From the NCBI GenBank assembly GCA_965225945.1, contig CBDDBZ010000039.1, forward strand, positions 416,001 to 480,000: a stretch of DNA of 64,000 nt, in the 5' to 3' direction. Origin of the DNA: Alphaproteobacteria bacterium. Its GTDB lineage: Bacteria; Pseudomonadota; Alphaproteobacteria; GCA-2731375. The translations under genes were made by a program, and so were the position numbers. Shown piece by piece: positions 50,194 to 59,874 of the stretch. Below the pieces are notes generated by a model, which had not been told where the DNA came from, searched no databases, and was given only the letters and a program-made list of their open reading frames with translations. The stretch's first letter is position 1. Each line of letters opens with the position of its first letter.

Positions 50194-50628
50194 CTAGCGC
50201 CGCTCCAGCACCACCACCGGGATCTCGCGGTGGGCCTTCGCCCGCTCGTGGTAGTCGATGTAGGAGGGAAAGATCTCGGCCATCACGGCCCAGAGGCGCG
50301 CCCGTTCCTCGCCCACCGCCGTGCGGGCGCGGGCGGAGAAGGTCTCGGCCGCGACCCTGAGCTCGACCTCCGGTGTGGCCACCAGGTTCTCGTACCACAA
50401 GGGATGTTTCTCGGCCCCGCCGCGCGAGGCGACGATGACGTGGTCGTCACCGGCTCTGCCGTAGATCAGCGGCGTCGGACGCGGCGCGCCCGAGCGCCGG
50501 CCGGTGGTTGTCAAGATCAGCGTTTGCAGGTGCTGATCGCCTTTCAGACCATGCCAGATGTGGCCGTCCTCGCCGTCGCTCTCGAGGTAGCGGCGGAGGT
50601 GGTCCAGAACCCAGTCGCGTTGCGCCAT
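50194..50628 (-). CDS. Deazaflavin (F420H2)-dependent nitro/quinone reductase, Ddn/FDOR-A family
   Basis: LILTTTGRRSGAPRPTPLIY, VASRGG...HPLWYENL and Y..Y...REIPVVVL motifs. Confidence 0.87.
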   Translation of the reverse strand: MAQRDWVLDHLRRYLESDGEDGHIWHGLKGDQHLQTLILTTTGRRSGAPRPTPLIYGRAGDDHVIVASRGGAEKHPLWYENLVATPEVELRVAAETFSARARTAVGEERARLWAVMAEIFPSYIDYHERAKAHREIPVVVLERR

Positions 50629-50688
50629 CCTCCCCGCTCCTTCGAATTTCCGCGCTCACTATACCCCGCGAGCCCACGGCGGCCAGCA

Positions 50689-51570
50689 TCAGTGCAAAAA
50701 TTCCGCGATCACCCGCTCGCCGAAGGCGGCGAGGTCGGCCTCCAAATCGGGCAGGAAGGCGGGGATCGGCAAGGCCACCCGATCGACGCCCTGGCCCATG
50801 CGTGTCGCCACGGCCGCCAGCGGATCGCCGCCCGCGCCCGGCAGCGCGCCGGGGCAGCCCGTGGCGATTTCGAGCGCCCGGGGATCGCGCCCGCTCGCCG
50901 CCGCCGTCGAGCGCGCGAGCGCGATCAAGGGCGCCACGTCGACCTGTGCCCCGGTGGCGGGAAAGAAGCCGTCGCCGATCCGCCCCGCGCGTTTGGCCGC
51001 CGCCTCGGAATGACCGCCGATGTGGATCGGCACACGGCCGGCGAGGGGCTTCGGATTGCAGCTCATGTGCGCGAACTCGACAAACTCGCCGTGGAAGCTC
51101 GCGTCGTCCTCGGCCCATAGCGCACGGAGCGCGGCGATGTATTCCTCCGTCCGAGCGCCGCGGCGTGCAAAGGGCACGCCGATCGCCTCGAACTCCTCTT
51201 TGAGCCAGCCGATGCCGACGCCGAGTTCCAGTCGGCCGCCGGTCATGAAGTCGAGGGTCGCCGTCTCCTTGGCCAGGACCAGGGGATTGCGCTGCGGCAG
51301 CACCATGACACCGGTGAAAAAGCGCAGCCGCGTGGTCAGCGCGCCGACATGGGCGAGCCAGATCAAGGGGTCCGGCAGGTCGGTGGACGGCCCGCCCGGA
51401 AGCTTGCCCGTCGGCGAATAGGGATAGACCGAGTCATATTCGCTCGGCCAGACCACGTGCTCCACCACGATCAGCGATTCGAACCCGGCGCTCTCCGCCG
51501 CCCGGGCGAGCCGTGCCGCGCCCTCGGGCTCGGGAAAGCTCATGTTGGCGAAATGCAGGGCGAATTTCAT
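50689..51570 (-). CDS. Putative F420-dependent LLM oxidoreductase (Rv2161c-like)
   Basis: AESAGFESL..EHVV, YPYS..G, DPLIWL, LPQRNPLVLAK, LGVGIGWLKEEF and PIHIGGHSEAAAKRA motifs. Confidence 0.8.
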   Translation of the reverse strand: MKFALHFANMSFPEPEGAARLARAAESAGFESLIVVEHVVWPSEYDSVYPYSPTGKLPGGPSTDLPDPLIWLAHVGALTTRLRFFTGVMVLPQRNPLVLAKETATLDFMTGGRLELGVGIGWLKEEFEAIGVPFARRGARTEEYIAALRALWAEDDASFHGEFVEFAHMSCNPKPLAGRVPIHIGGHSEAAAKRAGRIGDGFFPATGAQVDVAPLIALARSTAAASGRDPRALEIATGCPGALPGAGGDPLAAVATRMGQGVDRVALPIPAFLPDLEADLAAFGERVIAEFLH

Positions 51571-51776
51571 GGCCGGCCTCCCTCTGCTCGCCGTAACGGC
51601 GCAGCAAGATCATGGTTCACGCGATTCTAAAGCAATATCCGAAGTCGGCGAGGCTATTGCAGCCTCTCGACGGTGCTTGGCCGCCGCGCGACGAGAGCCG
51701 CCGAAATACCGCGGCAGTCGCCGGTGGGGATGTTTGGTATAATCGGCCGAACGCGAGGCAAGCGGGACGACGGGAC

Positions 51777-51975
51777 ATGGATATTCGACATTTCGATGCG
51801 ACGCTCGGCGCGGAGGTCCGGGGCGTCGATCTTTCCCAGCCCCTCGACGAGGAGGCGTTCGCCGAGATCGAGGCGGCGTGGCACGCGCACGCGGTTCTGA
51901 TTTTCCCCGATCAGGGCCTTGGGGACGCGGCGCATATCGCCTTCACCCGGCGCTTCGGCCGACTGGAGCAGGGGA
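51777..51975 (+). pseudogene. 5' fragment of a TauD/TfdA dioxygenase
   Basis: MDIRHFDATLGAEVRGVDLSQPL...AVLIFPDQGL...AFTRRFG. Similarity ends before the HxD iron motif. Confidence 0.75.
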
Positions 51976-52408
51976 TCAGGCGGTCATTGCGTTCGCGGAC
52001 CCGACAATTTCGACGACGCATCTCCGCATCGGCCCGCACGTCAAACGGATGTCCGACCAGGCGATCCTCGACATGTTCAACGACATGATGGATGCAAGGG
52101 ATCGGCTCGTGGCGAAGGGAGAGAACATCGTGATCGAGATCCCGCCCGGCCAGCCGCAAATCACGTATTCGGATCTCGGCGGCCAGTGGTCGGCGCGTGG
52201 CGACCTGCTTCGCTGTCATATCGACGACGGCGGTCCCGACGGGGAGATCACCGTGCAAATCGATGACCGGGAATTGTCGCTTCGGGAGTTCGGACGGCTT
52301 CTCTCGGTCCATGCGGGATGGGGCATGCGCATCGCCTTCGTGCCGAGCGAGCTGGTCGAGGAGGAGCCCGAAGTCCACGTCCGGGAGCCGAACGAAGATG
52401 AACGATGA
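51971..52408 (+). pseudogene. Hypothetical protein lacking a clear start, abutting the TauD fragment
   Basis: Coding-like frame GDQAVIAFADP...EIPPGQPQI...IDDRELSLREFGRLL...GWGMRIAFVP. The upstream part of this frame is TauD DNA. Confidence 0.5.
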
Positions 52409-52439
52409 GGCCGGCAACCGAGATGTGTGGTGATTGAAA

Positions 52440-52820
52440 ATGGATCGAGATTACGATCCCATGACCGCTCCCAATTCGGACGATTGGGAGGCCATGGACG
52501 AGGAAGAGCGCATGATGATCGTCATGGATCATCATCGCGAAGCCGGCGTGGAGCTGCCGAATGAGCGGATTCACGCGGCGATTCACGTCATCGTCGAGAA
52601 TCAAATAGCGCTGGGCGACGAGACGGCGGCGGCGGCGACGCTGGAACGTATGATCCGCGAGGGTTTGGACCGCCATGAGGCAATCCATGCGATTGGAAGC
52701 GTTCTCGCGGAATTCATGCAGGCGTTGAGCAGCGGCGACGTGGCACCGGGATCAAACGAGAAGTACGACGAGGCACTCGAGAAGCTGACGGCGGCGGAAT
52801 GGCTCGAGAGCTCCGGATAG
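52440..52820 (+). CDS. Hypothetical protein (DUF1841-like helical)
   Basis: HAAIHVIVENQI...LDRHEAIHAIG...Y...L pattern. Confidence 0.65.
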   Translation: MDRDYDPMTAPNSDDWEAMDEEERMMIVMDHHREAGVELPNERIHAAIHVIVENQIALGDETAAAATLERMIREGLDRHEAIHAIGSVLAEFMQALSSGDVAPGSNEKYDEALEKLTAAEWLESSG

Positions 52821-52903
52821 CCGGCGCCTCGGGGGTGTTTTCTCCCGGTTCCAAGCGCGTCGAATTGCCTTGAGCGTCGGCATTTCACAGGAATTGGTGA
52901 ATT

Positions 52904-53164
52904 ATGAGCGAGAAGCGGAAGCCAAATGGCACTGATTCCCACGATTGGGATTTGCCGGCGTGGGTCGACGCGTCGTTTGATCGCACGACCCCACGCACCG
53001 AGGAGGAGCTGGATCTTTTGGTGGACGGCACGTTGGAAGGCATCCGAGACACGGCGGCTTGGATGAACCTCGTTGAACGCGTAGGAGAAGAAGAAGCGCG
53101 CCGAGTATTACGCGCTCGGCTCATCATGCGTGATGAAAATGCCGGAAGGCAGCCGAGGCACTGA
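52904..53164 (+). CDS. Hypothetical protein (86 aa)
   Basis: Acidic ORF with ATG and an upstream AGGA, in the same lower-GC segment. Confidence 0.5.
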   Translation: MSEKRKPNGTDSHDWDLPAWVDASFDRTTPRTEEELDLLVDGTLEGIRDTAAWMNLVERVGEEEARRVLRARLIMRDENAGRQPRH

Positions 53165-53244
53165 AAACGAGGGCCGTCTTTGGGGCATGTCGATCGAATC
53201 GGAATCACCTCTTATAACGCCGGTTCCCACCGACACGCCGATTT

Positions 53245-53898
53245 TCAGCCCCCCTCCCACGTGTCCCAATGCAAAATTTCGTCGAGCGGCTGGCGCTGGG
53301 CGGGCTTGAAGTCGGTACCCAGGGTGTAGGCGACCGGCACCAGCGCCACCTGCATGATCCCGTCGGGAATGCCCAGCAGCGCCTTGGCGTCGGCGGCGCG
53401 GCCGAGGTGCAGGGTCGTCAGGACCGAGCCCAGGCCCCGGGCACGCAGCGCCAGTTGGAAACTCCAGACCGCCGGAAGGATCGAGCCCATGAGCCCCGGC
53501 CAGACGTGGCGCGGCGGCTCCGAGGCCAGGTGATCGTCGCGGATGCAGGGGATGACGTGGACCGGCACGTCCTGCAAATGCGCCGCCAGATAGCGCGCGG
53601 AAGCGAACACCCGGGCATCCCGCGTCGCCCCGCTCGCCGTCGCCTCGGCCAGGGCGTCATCGAGATAGCTGCCGGCGCCCCGGCGATAGATCTCGGCGAG
53701 CGCGCGGCGCTTCTCAGGCTCCCTCACCACCAGCCAGCGCCAGCCCTGGCGGTTGGAGCCGCTCGGCGCCTGGATGGCGAGTTCCAGACACTCGCGGATC
53801 ACCTCGCGCGAAACCGGCCGTTCGAGATCCAGCCGCTTGCGGACCGATCGCGTGGTGGAAAGCAGCCCATCGATTTGGCTGAGATCGTAGACGGCCAT
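53245..53898 (-). CDS. Nitroreductase family protein
   Basis: LLSTTRSVRKRLD, QAPSGSNRQGWRW, LALRARGLGS and QVALVPVAY motifs. Confidence 0.88.
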   Translation of the reverse strand: MAVYDLSQIDGLLSTTRSVRKRLDLERPVSREVIRECLELAIQAPSGSNRQGWRWLVVREPEKRRALAEIYRRGAGSYLDDALAEATASGATRDARVFASARYLAAHLQDVPVHVIPCIRDDHLASEPPRHVWPGLMGSILPAVWSFQLALRARGLGSVLTTLHLGRAADAKALLGIPDGIMQVALVPVAYTLGTDFKPAQRQPLDEILHWDTWEGG

Positions 53899-53912
53899 CT
53901 TTCTCCTCCCGG

Positions 53913-54920
53913 CTAGCGGAGCTTGACCACCTGCTTGCCGAAGTTCTCCCCCTTGAGCATGCGGATGAAGGCCTTGGGCGTGTTCTCGAGCCCCTCCATC
54001 ACGTCTTCCCGGTAGGTGATTTCCCCGGCGGCAAGCCAATCCGACATCTCGCGGCGGAATTCGGGCAGCCGGTCGAAATGGTCGGAGACGATGAAGCCCT
54101 GCAAGCGGATGCGATAGCGGACCACGTTGAAGAGATACTTTATGCCCTCCGACTCCTCCAGGTTGTACTGACTCACCATGCCGCAGGCGACGATCCGGGC
54201 GTGGAAGTTGCAGAGTTGCAGCACCGCGTCCAGCATCTCGCCCCCGACGTTTTCGAAATAGACGTCGATGCCGTCGGGGCAATGGGCGGCCAGCGCAGCG
54301 TGGAGCGGCCCGGCGTCACGGTAGTTGAAGGCGGCATCGAAGCCCAGCTCATGCTTGACGAAGGCCACCTTGTCGTCGCGCCCGGCGGTGGCGACGACGC
54401 GCGCGCCGGCGCGCTTGGCGAGCTGTCCCGCGATCTGCCCGACGGCGCCGGAGGCGGCGGAGATCACCACGGTCTCGCCTTCCCTGGGCTCGCCGATGTC
54501 GCCCATGCCGACCCAGGCGGTCATCCCCGGCATGCCGAGGACGCCCAGATAGTGCGACAGCGGGGCGGCATCGGGCTCCAGCTTCATCAGGCCCCGGCCC
54601 TCCACGATCCGGCTCCGGTCCGCCCAGGCGAGCATGCCCTGGACGATATCGCCCTCCCGGTAGGCGGCGTTGCGGCTCGCCACCACCCGGCCGACACCGC
54701 CGCCGACGACCGGCTCGCCCAGCGGGAAGGGCGGCACGTAGGACTTGGTGTCCCGCATCCGGCCCCGCATGTAGGGATCGACCGAGAGATAGTGCGCCTC
54801 GACGATGACGTCGTTCGCCCCCGGTTCCGGCCCCGCGCTCTCGCGCAGGATGAAGTTCGCTTCGCTCACCCAACCCTCGGGCCGGCTGTCGAGGATGATT
54901 TCGCGGTTGCGCGCGCTCAT
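53913..54920 (-). CDS. NADP-dependent ene-reductase (CurA/PGR family)
   Basis: YLSVDPYMRGRM, LGVLGMPGMTAW, SAASGAVG, GIDVYFENVGG and GENFGKQVV motifs. Confidence 0.9.
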   Translation of the reverse strand: MSARNREIILDSRPEGWVSEANFILRESAGPEPGANDVIVEAHYLSVDPYMRGRMRDTKSYVPPFPLGEPVVGGGVGRVVASRNAAYREGDIVQGMLAWADRSRIVEGRGLMKLEPDAAPLSHYLGVLGMPGMTAWVGMGDIGEPREGETVVISAASGAVGQIAGQLAKRAGARVVATAGRDDKVAFVKHELGFDAAFNYRDAGPLHAALAAHCPDGIDVYFENVGGEMLDAVLQLCNFHARIVACGMVSQYNLEESEGIKYLFNVVRYRIRLQGFIVSDHFDRLPEFRREMSDWLAAGEITYREDVMEGLENTPKAFIRMLKGENFGKQVVKLR

Positions 54921-55330
54921 GATGCCAGCCTCGCCACGGGCAGGGTGAGTTCCTTGGTCACGTCCTCGAAGGTGATCTCGATCCGCTTTCCGAGCGCGAG
55001 GTCGGCCCTCTCGGCGTCCCTGAGCGGGCATTGCAGCCGCACCCCTTCCTCCAGGTCGACCGTCACCAGGGTGATCGGCAGGTCGGCCTCGAAGCCGGCG
55101 TGGAAGGGATGATGGGTCTCGGTCCAACTATGCACCGCGCCCTTGCGCGAAGCCTCGATCCACGTCACCTCGAAGGAATGGCAGGCATCGCAGAGCGGCC
55201 GAGGATAATGCCGCACCTTGCCGCAGGCCCCGCAGCGCTGCAGCACCAGCACGTGCCGGCGCAGGCCGTCCCAATAGGGCTGGCTGTCGGCGGTCGGACA
55301 TGGTAGGGGCTTCTCGTAGGCTTGGCTCAC
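54917..55330 (-). CDS. DUF35 Zn-ribbon / OB-fold protein
   Basis: PYWDG...QRCGACG...YPRPLCDAC...G.VHSWT...VDLEEG pattern. Confidence 0.88.
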   Translation of the reverse strand: MSQAYEKPLPCPTADSQPYWDGLRRHVLVLQRCGACGKVRHYPRPLCDACHSFEVTWIEASRKGAVHSWTETHHPFHAGFEADLPITLVTVDLEEGVRLQCPLRDAERADLALGKRIEITFEDVTKELTLPVARLAS

Positions 55331-55335
55331 GCGCG

Positions 55336-56487
55336 CTACCTCCTCAGGATGGCGAGCGAGCCGTCGCCGAGGTCGCCATAGCCGGTGACGAGGCCGATCT
55401 CGGCGTCCACCACCTGGGCCTCGCCGCCCTCGCCCCGGAGCTGGCGGGCAAGTTCGTGGATGTGATTCATGCCGGCCAGGTGGGCCTGGCTCAAGAGGCC
55501 GCCGTGGGTGTTGATCGGCAGCGCGCCGCCGAGCCCGATGCGCCCGTCCTGGACAAACTCGCCGCCCTCGCCCTTCTCGCAGAAGCCCAGATCCTCGAGC
55601 TGGCAGAGCACGATGTAGGTGAAGCAGTCGTAGATCTCGGCGACGTCGACGTCGGCGCGCTCGATGCCCGCCATCTCGAAGGCCTTGGGCGCGGCCTTCG
55701 CGGTGCCGAGCCTGGTGAGATCGGGGCGTTGGGTGATTACGCTGGGGGAAGCGGGGTGCCCCTCGGCGACGCCCATGATGTAAATTGGCCGCTTGGCCAT
55801 GTCCTTGGCCCGCTCGGCCGAGCTCACCACGATGGCGCAGCCGCCGTCGCTCTCCAGGCTGCAATCGAACAGCCGGAAGGGGTCCGAGATCATCCGCGAG
55901 TTCTGGTGATCCTCGACCGTCATCGGCTTTACCATGATGGCGTTGTCGTTCAGTTGCGCGTGCCGGCGCATGGTGACGGCGATCTCGGCGAACTGCCGGC
56001 TGGTGGTGCCGTGCAGTTCCATGTGGCGGCGCGCCATGGGGGCGTAAAGCTGCGGCGGCGCGATCGCCCCCGACGGCATCTCGAACTCGGCTACGGTCTT
56101 GAACTGCGGCATCTGGCTTACCCGGGCGCCGATCCGGCCGCCGGAATAGCCGGTGCGGCCGAGCGCGATCAGCACGTGGTTGGCGAGGCCGCAGGAGGTG
56201 ACCATCAGCGCCGTCTGCAAGGCGGCGACGGCGCTGGCGCCGCCCATCGGCGTGGTCGCCGAATAGCGCAGGTCCTCGATCCCGAAATTGGTGATGAAAT
56301 CCTCGGCGACCGTGGTGCCGGCGGCATAGGGGATGACGGCGTCGATGTCCTGGGGCGAGAGGCCGGCGTCCCGAATGGCGGTGAGCGATGCCTCTAGCGC
56401 CAGCGCCACCTGGCTCTTCTCGGTGCCCCGGGTATAGCGCGTCTCGCCGATCCCGGTGATGCAGGCCTTTTCGCTGAGCGCCTTCAT
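55336..56487 (-). CDS. Thiolase-superfamily (SCP2/Ltp-like) protein
   Basis: ITGIGET, DCSLESDGG, EIYDCFT and NTHGGLLS motifs. GGAS replaces the canonical Cys motif. Confidence 0.87.
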   Translation of the reverse strand: MKALSEKACITGIGETRYTRGTEKSQVALALEASLTAIRDAGLSPQDIDAVIPYAAGTTVAEDFITNFGIEDLRYSATTPMGGASAVAALQTALMVTSCGLANHVLIALGRTGYSGGRIGARVSQMPQFKTVAEFEMPSGAIAPPQLYAPMARRHMELHGTTSRQFAEIAVTMRRHAQLNDNAIMVKPMTVEDHQNSRMISDPFRLFDCSLESDGGCAIVVSSAERAKDMAKRPIYIMGVAEGHPASPSVITQRPDLTRLGTAKAAPKAFEMAGIERADVDVAEIYDCFTYIVLCQLEDLGFCEKGEGGEFVQDGRIGLGGALPINTHGGLLSQAHLAGMNHIHELARQLRGEGGEAQVVDAEIGLVTGYGDLGDGSLAILRR

Positions 56488-56642
56488 GGGCTGTCCCCTC
56501 TCGTCGTTGGCCCTATTCGCGCGGCGGATTGTCCACGGGACGGCACGGCCCCGCAAGCCCATCGTCCCAGTTCGTCGCCCCTGGGTAATGCCGACAGAGG
56601 TAAATCCGAGGGCGAGTCGCTTGTAGGGACGGAAGGTATAAT

Positions 56643-58868
56643 TCAGGTGAACTTGTTGTCGCGGGGAAAGCCCTTGGGCGCCAGGCGGCCGGCGGCCCCG
56701 CGCTTGCCGAGCCAGGGCGAGAGATCGCTCTCCGTCCGGATCCGCCCGCCCGCCTGGCGCCAGCTCAGCCCTTGGGCCAGGGTGAAGCTCCGGGCATCCG
56801 AGAGTCCGCCGTCCTTGTAGCGCTGCAGGCGCACGCCGCGCCCGCGCGTCATCTCCGGCAACTGCTCCAGCGAGAAAATCGCCAGCTTGCGGTTATCGCC
56901 CACGACGGCCAGGTGATCGCCTTCGAGGGGGGTCGCGACCTGGGCCTCCTCGCCCGTGGCCGGGTTCAAAACCTGCTTGCCGGCGCGGGTCTGTGCCAGG
57001 ACCTGGTCTTCCTCGACGATGAAGCCGCGGCCGTCGCTGGAAGCCACCAGCAAGCGGCGGCCGGGCCGGTGGACCATCAGCGCCACGATATCCTCGTCGT
57101 TGCCGAGATCGACCATCAGCCGCACCGGCTCGCCTTGGCCCCGGCCACCGGAAAGCTTGTCGCCCTCGAGCGTATAGAAGCGGCCGTTGGTGGCGAAGAC
57201 GACGATGCGGTCCGTGGTCTCGGCGTGGAGCCAGAAGCGACCGCGATCGCCTTCCTTGTAGCGAACGTCCGGCCCCTCCGCGAGATGGCCGCGAATGGCG
57301 CGGATCCACCCCATCTGCGAGCAGATGACGGTGATCGGCTCTCTTTCGATCAGGGATTCCGGCAGGGTCTCGTCGAACTCCGGCGCGGCCTCGATGGTGG
57401 TCCGCCGCGCCTGGCCCGGGCCATCGCCGCCGAAGCGCTTGCGCATCTCGCGGATCTCGTCGGCGACGACGCGCCAGCGGCCCGCCTCGTCGCCGAGCAA
57501 GGCGTCGAGCTCGCCCCGCTCCTCCAGGAGGGCGGCGTGTTCCTTAGCGATCTCGATCTCTTCCAAACGGCGCAACGCGCGGAGCCGCATGTCGAGAATC
57601 GCCTCGACCTGAGTGGGGTTGAGCTCGAAGCGCGCCATCATCACCGCCTTCGGCTCATCCTCCTCTCGGACGATACGGATCACCTCGTCGAGATTGAGGT
57701 AGGCGACGAGATAGCCCTCGAGGATCTCGAGCCGGCGCGCGATTTGCGCCAGGCGATGGCGGGTGCGCCGCACCAGCACCTCGTCGCGGTGATCGAGGAA
57801 GGCGTTCAACACCTCGCGCAGCCCCATCTGCCGGGGCGTCTGGTCCGCGTCCAACACGTTCATATTGAGCGGGAAGCGTACCTCCAGCTCGGTCTGGCGG
57901 AAGAGCTGCTGCATCAACAACTCCGCCGGGACCTTGCCGTTGCGCGGCTCCAGCACCAGGCGGATGTCCTCCGCCGACTCATCGCGGACATCGCCCAGCA
58001 GCGGCAGTTTCTTCCGCGCCAACAGCTCCGCGATCTTCTCGACGATGCGGGCCTTCGCCACCTGATAGGGGATTTCGGAGACGACGATGGCGTAGGTGCC
58101 GCGCTTGCCGGACTCGACCTCCCAGCGCGCGCGGAGGCGAAAGCCGCCCCGACCGCTCCCGTAGGCCTGGCGGATGCTCTCCGCAGCCTCGATCAGGACG
58201 CCGCCGGTCGGAAAGTCGGGGCCCGGCACGAACTTGATCAGCGTGTCGGTGCTGGCGTTGCGGTGCTTGATCAGATGCAGTAGCGCGCCCGAAAGCTCGC
58301 CGACGTTGTGCGGCGGGATGCTGGTCGCCATGCCGACGGCAATGCCGGTGGCGCCGTTCGCCAACAGGTTGGGAAAGGCCGCCGGCAGGACCACCGGCTC
58401 CTCTTCCTCGCCGTCGTAGGTCTCGCGAAAGTCGACGGTGTCCTGGTCGATTCCCTCCAGCAGGGCCTCGGCCACCTCGGTCAGGCGGGCTTCGGTGTAA
58501 CGCATGGCGGCGGCGTTGTCGCCGTCGACGTTGCCGAAGTTGCCCTGGCCGTCCACCAGGGGATAGCGCTGGGCGAACTCCTGCGCCAGGCGCACCAGCG
58601 CGTCGTAGATCGCGCTGTCGCCGTGCGGGTGATATTTGCCCATGGTGTCGCCAACGATGCGGGCGCATTTCTTGAAGCCCGACTTCGGGTCCAGCTTCAT
58701 CTCCCGCATGGCATGCAGCAGACGCCGGTGCACCGGCTTCAGTCCGTCGCGCACGTCGGGCAGGGAACGCGACATGATCGTGGACAGCGCGTAGTTCAAA
58801 TAACGCTCGCTCAACGCCTCGGCGAGCGGCGCCTCGCGAATTTCCCCGGCTTCGATGATGTCGCTCAT
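56643..58868 (-). CDS. parC: DNA topoisomerase IV subunit A
   Basis: [36 protein letters not shown] and AAMRYTE motifs. Short CTD without a GyrA box. Confidence 0.96.
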   Translation of the reverse strand: MSDIIEAGEIREAPLAEALSERYLNYALSTIMSRSLPDVRDGLKPVHRRLLHAMREMKLDPKSGFKKCARIVGDTMGKYHPHGDSAIYDALVRLAQEFAQRYPLVDGQGNFGNVDGDNAAAMRYTEARLTEVAEALLEGIDQDTVDFRETYDGEEEEPVVLPAAFPNLLANGATGIAVGMATSIPPHNVGELSGALLHLIKHRNASTDTLIKFVPGPDFPTGGVLIEAAESIRQAYGSGRGGFRLRARWEVESGKRGTYAIVVSEIPYQVAKARIVEKIAELLARKKLPLLGDVRDESAEDIRLVLEPRNGKVPAELLMQQLFRQTELEVRFPLNMNVLDADQTPRQMGLREVLNAFLDHRDEVLVRRTRHRLAQIARRLEILEGYLVAYLNLDEVIRIVREEDEPKAVMMARFELNPTQVEAILDMRLRALRRLEEIEIAKEHAALLEERGELDALLGDEAGRWRVVADEIREMRKRFGGDGPGQARRTTIEAAPEFDETLPESLIEREPITVICSQMGWIRAIRGHLAEGPDVRYKEGDRGRFWLHAETTDRIVVFATNGRFYTLEGDKLSGGRGQGEPVRLMVDLGNDEDIVALMVHRPGRRLLVASSDGRGFIVEEDQVLAQTRAGKQVLNPATGEEAQVATPLEGDHLAVVGDNRKLAIFSLEQLPEMTRGRGVRLQRYKDGGLSDARSFTLAQGLSWRQAGGRIRTESDLSPWLGKRGAAGRLAPKGFPRDNKFT

Positions 58869-58885
58869 GGGCGCAGTATATCACC

Positions 58886-59620
58886 CTATGTTGTGGCGAG
58901 TTTCAAAAATTGTTCTACCAGTCGTAGCCGCGCGTCCGGCATCGGCTTGTTGGCCATGGCGAGCACGTGGTGCTCCAGGAAATGTCCGGTGAGAGCAAGG
59001 CCGTCATTGACGTCGCCAGACGTCAACCCGCCCGATTGCGCGCCCAGCAGGAATCCGGGCAGGCGGAACAGGCGCTCCTTCCACGCCGCGCCCGCCTCGG
59101 CGGTCACCGCGCGGCCGGATTTGGGTGAGACATAGGCCAGGCCCTCGCGCGCGCCGGTGAGCGCACAGGCCGAGAGGTCGAGTCCGAAACCGAGTTCTCG
59201 TAGCAATCCGAGCTCGAAACGAACCAGGACCGCCGGCCAGACCTCCGAGCCTTCCATGGTCTCCAGCAGGCTCGCCATCGCCTCGAAGAGCACCGGATGG
59301 GCCTCGCGTTCGGGCAGCGTCGCCTCGAGGAGGGCGCAGGTCGACTGCAGGCCGACGAGGGCGAGGGAATCGTCCAAGAGGCGGGCGCCACTCGCCGCCA
59401 CCGGCTCGATCCTATAGGCGCCCAGATGGTCCGCCAGTCGGGCTCGCCAGGTGGCCTCGACCCGGTTGCCGGGCTGCATCTCGCCGGCTCGCCTGGGCCC
59501 GGCGGCGCCCCGCGCCAGCCCCGCGTGCCGCCCGTGTTCGCGGGTCAACAGGCTCAGCACCAGAGAGGATTCACCGTGCCGTCTGCCGGAAAGAATAATG
59601 CCCTCGTCGGTCCACTGCAT
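58886..59620 (-). CDS. recO: DNA repair protein RecO
   Basis: MQWTDEGIIL..RRHGE, HGRHAGL, LPEREAHP, LGFGLDL..C and YVSPKSGRAV motifs. Confidence 0.93.
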   Translation of the reverse strand: MQWTDEGIILSGRRHGESSLVLSLLTREHGRHAGLARGAAGPRRAGEMQPGNRVEATWRARLADHLGAYRIEPVAASGARLLDDSLALVGLQSTCALLEATLPEREAHPVLFEAMASLLETMEGSEVWPAVLVRFELGLLRELGFGLDLSACALTGAREGLAYVSPKSGRAVTAEAGAAWKERLFRLPGFLLGAQSGGLTSGDVNDGLALTGHFLEHHVLAMANKPMPDARLRLVEQFLKLATT

Positions 59621-59643
59621 GGGTGCCCAGACCCCTCCGTCCA

Positions 59644-59832
59644 TCAGTACGGGTCGATCTCGCGCCGTTGCTCCTCCAGCCGATACTGGCTCGGCGCGTC
59701 GACCGCCCGGAGGGCCGCCAGCAACCAGCCGATCGGGGTGAATTGGAGAATGGCGCGGATGATGCTGGCGATCGGCCTGCGAATCGTGAAGAAGAGAAGG
59801 AAGGGAAGCAGAATGGCGACGATGATGCGCAC
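59644..59832 (-). CDS. YqaE/Pmp3-family proteolipid, possibly degenerate
   Basis: (M)RIIVAILLPFLLFFTIRRP...ILQFTPIGWL, with charged or Pro residues inside the second TM segment. Confidence 0.6.
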   Translation of the reverse strand: MRIIVAILLPFLLFFTIRRPIASIIRAILQFTPIGWLLAALRAVDAPSQYRLEEQRREIDPY

Positions 59833-59874
59833 GGCCAAGTCCTTCGTTCACCGCGAACGTCCCCGGTAGCCGAT

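Noticed and set aside
56490-56642. Intergenic hairpins between parC and the thiolase-like gene as a riboswitch
   Set aside because: Only short stems (CCCAG/CTGGG) are present and no known aptamer consensus is recognisable.
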